From assembly GCA_010909165.1 (NCBI GenBank), contig MU008175.1, forward strand, positions 310,001-374,000: 64,000 nucleotides of DNA, read 5' to 3'. The number at the start of each line of letters is the position of its first letter. The stretch's first letter is position 1. The position numbers and the translations under genes were made by a program. Under the pieces are notes generated by a model, which worked only from the letters and a program-made list of their open reading frames with translations, ran no database searches and had not been told where the DNA came from. The DNA comes from Anthoceros angustus. Lineage: Eukaryota; Plantae; Anthocerotophyta. Below, piece by piece: positions 61,301 through 64,000 of the stretch.

Positions 61301-64000
61301 AAAGGTACCGACCATAGCGGAGACAATTGTGTAGGAAAGCAGCGTGCGAGACCACAGGCGGAAGGCGGCAATGTCGGTTGTTGGCAGCTCACGATACACA
61401 TAGCGTCGACCGCAATCCATTACGCAAGAGGGCTTCCGGACTGTGCAAAGGCCACCAAAAGCTCCGGCACTACGGACTGGCTGCTGGGCAACAATTGATG
61501 ATCCACCGATCCGGCGATGGTTGCGGTAAGCAGCGGCTAGCCATGCGCAGCGCGTTGAACTGAGGCATAACCGGTGAAGATGGTCATTGGTGTATGGACC
61601 AACCTCACGGAACGTCGGCTGCGGACAAGCTCGAAGATTGCAGATCCATGGGGGTCCTCCTCCTCCGGTACCTCACGTAATGGCGGTGGTACCGGCAACA
61701 AGGGCCACAGGGCGAGAATGCCCCTTTGGGTATCCGAGTATGTGAGCAGTGGGGTATCCCCTATATGGCGTAAATCGGTATGTGGCGGGGTATCCCAAGA
61801 TCAGTGGCGAGGCGTTGGTGACCACAATGGGGACCAGGCGTGGTGTCAACCTCCACATCCATGTAAATCCGGCGGAAATGGGCAATGTCTTTGTCCGCCC
61901 GGTCATGTCGGGCCGATAGTAAACACTCATCCAATTGTCAACCTTTGAGGGCACAGTGGGAAAAGATAATCTTGTCAAGCAAGACATCATAATTGGTCGT
62001 ATAAGTGACAAAGGCGATGAGCGACCAATGTCATGGCGTGATTGTTCCGGCCGCGTGATCAAGATGGGTGAATGGTTTCCCCACTGGTAGTTCTCTAGAA
62101 CCGGTGGCGATTCGAATGTTCCATGAGTCTTGGGCTGTCCCACTCAAGTGCAACACAGGCTGTGACATTTTCCGATGATCACCGGTGCTCCATATCTAGG
62201 AGCACCATCTTGGGGGCATAGCCATTGTTGACATGTCCTCTCGATTGTCCACCATAGCATTCGTCCGAGACCTTACGTTGGTGGGGCAAAATGCGAGGGA
62301 GATCGATCCTGGTGCATGAGTGCATACTGGTGCGTACTCGGGAGTGCATGCTCGGGGTAGCTGAGCACGTTGAGAGGCATATGCCGCACCATCCCTCCTT
62401 TATCCTCGGATCGGCCACTATTCGGGTCGGTGATCGGTGAGAAGCTATCCCAGGCACATAACTGTTGCAATTGAGTTGATGATCCCATGTCTCGTAGAAA
62501 ACAAGGGTGACTCAAAAATTTCTCAACGGTGATTTGTAGTGAGGGCTGATGAGCGTAATGACCCCTGCTGCATGCCTCGCCTTGCCTTGTGAAGGCTGCC
62601 CTGCCATATGATCAACTAGGGAGGTGCCAGAATGGGATGGCCACTCCGTGAGGAAGGAGTGAATGATCGAGGCATGGCTGCCCTTGCCCTCATTGCCGGT
62701 GTCGGTCCATTATCTGCCTCCACATCCAAGATGACTGTCGTCGCATCCTACCCATGTAGCATGTAGGCTCTTGGGACATGTCCAATGCCTCCAATGGTGT
62801 AGTGCATACCTCATGGGAAGTAGTAGTCTTCTCCAGCCTCTTCCGTGAGGATTGTAGCTATCCTGTGGCTTGGAGACACACTGGTTCTTTTGGCAGGGAG
62901 GCTAATGCCCCCAATTTGTGTGGTGAGGCTCGATGAGGCTTCAAGTGAGGCAACCTTCGGCGTGGTGCGCCCTTGGCCTTGGTCTTCTCCATTGTTGTTT
63001 GCCAGCGCAAGGCAGTCGAGCTGCCGGGAGGCTGTAGTCTGACATCTGGCGGCAGGTGGGCTCGGTGAATTTGTGCCTCCCTTTGAGACCGGCGCTCCGG
63101 GTGTTTTTGAAAACAAATTGTCACAAAGTGTCCTATCTTGTGGCAATGGGTGCAGTAAAGCCCCTCAGTGGGGCACTTGCATGCGGGAGCGAGATGCTCC
63201 GGACTTCCACAGCGATTGCAAGAGGCTTCCAGCGTTGCTGCAGCCCCTGCCTTGGCTAGCTTAGCTGGAACTGCCCTTGCTGATCCTGTACTCCCACTTC
63301 CCGGTGTCGTTCCTTTGCTAGTGAACATACTTTGATAGTGAGAAAAAGCCTTGGAGTGGCGGGAGGCATACGCAGAGAAGGCAATCTCCTTACGCTCTGC
63401 CTCTTCATGCACCTGTTCCAAAGTATAGCTGTCACCATACTTATCCACTAGAGAAGTGATGAGCTGAAAATGGAACAAGGAGTCCCCCTCCAATGTTGTA
63501 AAATTTCTGCACCGCTCACGATGCATGCGGCTGCACAGCGTGCCTTCACGCAGCTTTTGCAACCTCTGAAAAGTCATCTGCAAACATGGTATTTAGTGAA
63601 GGGGGTGATTATTCAGCATGAGGATTTTTTGCTCTTTATTTGCCGAAGGGGGTTTTGGATGGGTGTTGAATCCCTTGTTCACCGCTTGTCTTTGGAAAGA
63701 TGATCGAAGAAGTGAAACCAACACCCAGACGAGCTTGCCGTTCTGCGTGGCATGTGGGCAAGATGGTTGTAGCAGTTACACCTATCGAGCTTTAGAGCCC
63801 ATTTCTGACCCAAAATGGAGCACCATGACTACTTTGTGAAGATGAGTACATTTGTGATGCCCGCAAACAGTCGGGAAAACATGGTCCAACCAGTCGAACT
63901 CTCATATTTCAAGTTTCCCAGGCAGCATCTGCGGTGGTGGTGGTATGGGTCATCTGAATCCCTTACATGCGACATGGAATTCATGGAAATCGTGAGTGGT
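58390..64000 (-). mobile_element. Ty3/gypsy retrotransposon (minus strand; 5' end beyond window; integrase truncated) encoding a C5-DNA methyltransferase domain in pol
   Basis: gag with two CCHC knuckles (63583-62858); protease VLLD(T)GA(Q)PVII ~62200; DNMT domain; RT MDLRQGFNQV..MPFGFKNAP..CYIDDVL (60300-59630); RNase H VHTDWSILG..LARWAMILQDY; integrase Zn-binding HNEMGHF, then a break near 58390. Confidence 0.9.
60590..61480 (-). CDS. DNMT3-like C5-cytosine DNA methyltransferase domain within the gypsy pol (frameshifted in this sequence)
   Basis: Ordered motifs: I EL(F)GGLCT..EALLRNG (~61464-61425); IV IVIA(G)WEC (~61235-61212); VI YVLENT (61114-61098); VIII DAAQ..YAHR...WTNL (61026-60978); IX-X EPSVEERERLMGFP..LGRAMD (60745-60629). 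Confidence 0.85.

Overview
Eukaryotic nuclear DNA from a land plant, probably a non-seed plant (inferred from ~80-100 nt introns and the TE families). Host genes: HPGT-like GT31 galactosyltransferase (5' part), tRNA-Phe, type-4 metallothionein, MCM8 head-to-head with a peroxisomal MDR/quinone oxidoreductase, and an MA3/PDCD4 (MRF) gene preceded by a truncated tandem copy. About 70% of the window is nested transposons whose ends and target-site duplications can be read directly. A Ty3/gypsy element (11386-35834) holds a Ty1/copia element, which holds a CMC/EnSpm element. The same gypsy also holds an 8.6-kb Sola-like DNA transposon. A second 10.9-kb Sola2-like element and a second gypsy follow. 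The most striking observation is two unrelated transposon-borne DNA methyltransferases. (1) The 8.6-kb element carries an intron-containing ParB-like + beta-class N4C/N6A amino-methyltransferase gene, divergent from its transposase across an array of ~38 CCATGG palindromes. (2) The minus-strand gypsy at the right end has a DNMT3-like C5-cytosine methyltransferase domain between protease and RT. Many frameshifts are single-base homopolymer contractions typical of long-read error, so intact versus pseudogene status is uncertain throughout. All family calls come from motif recognition by eye; no database search was run.
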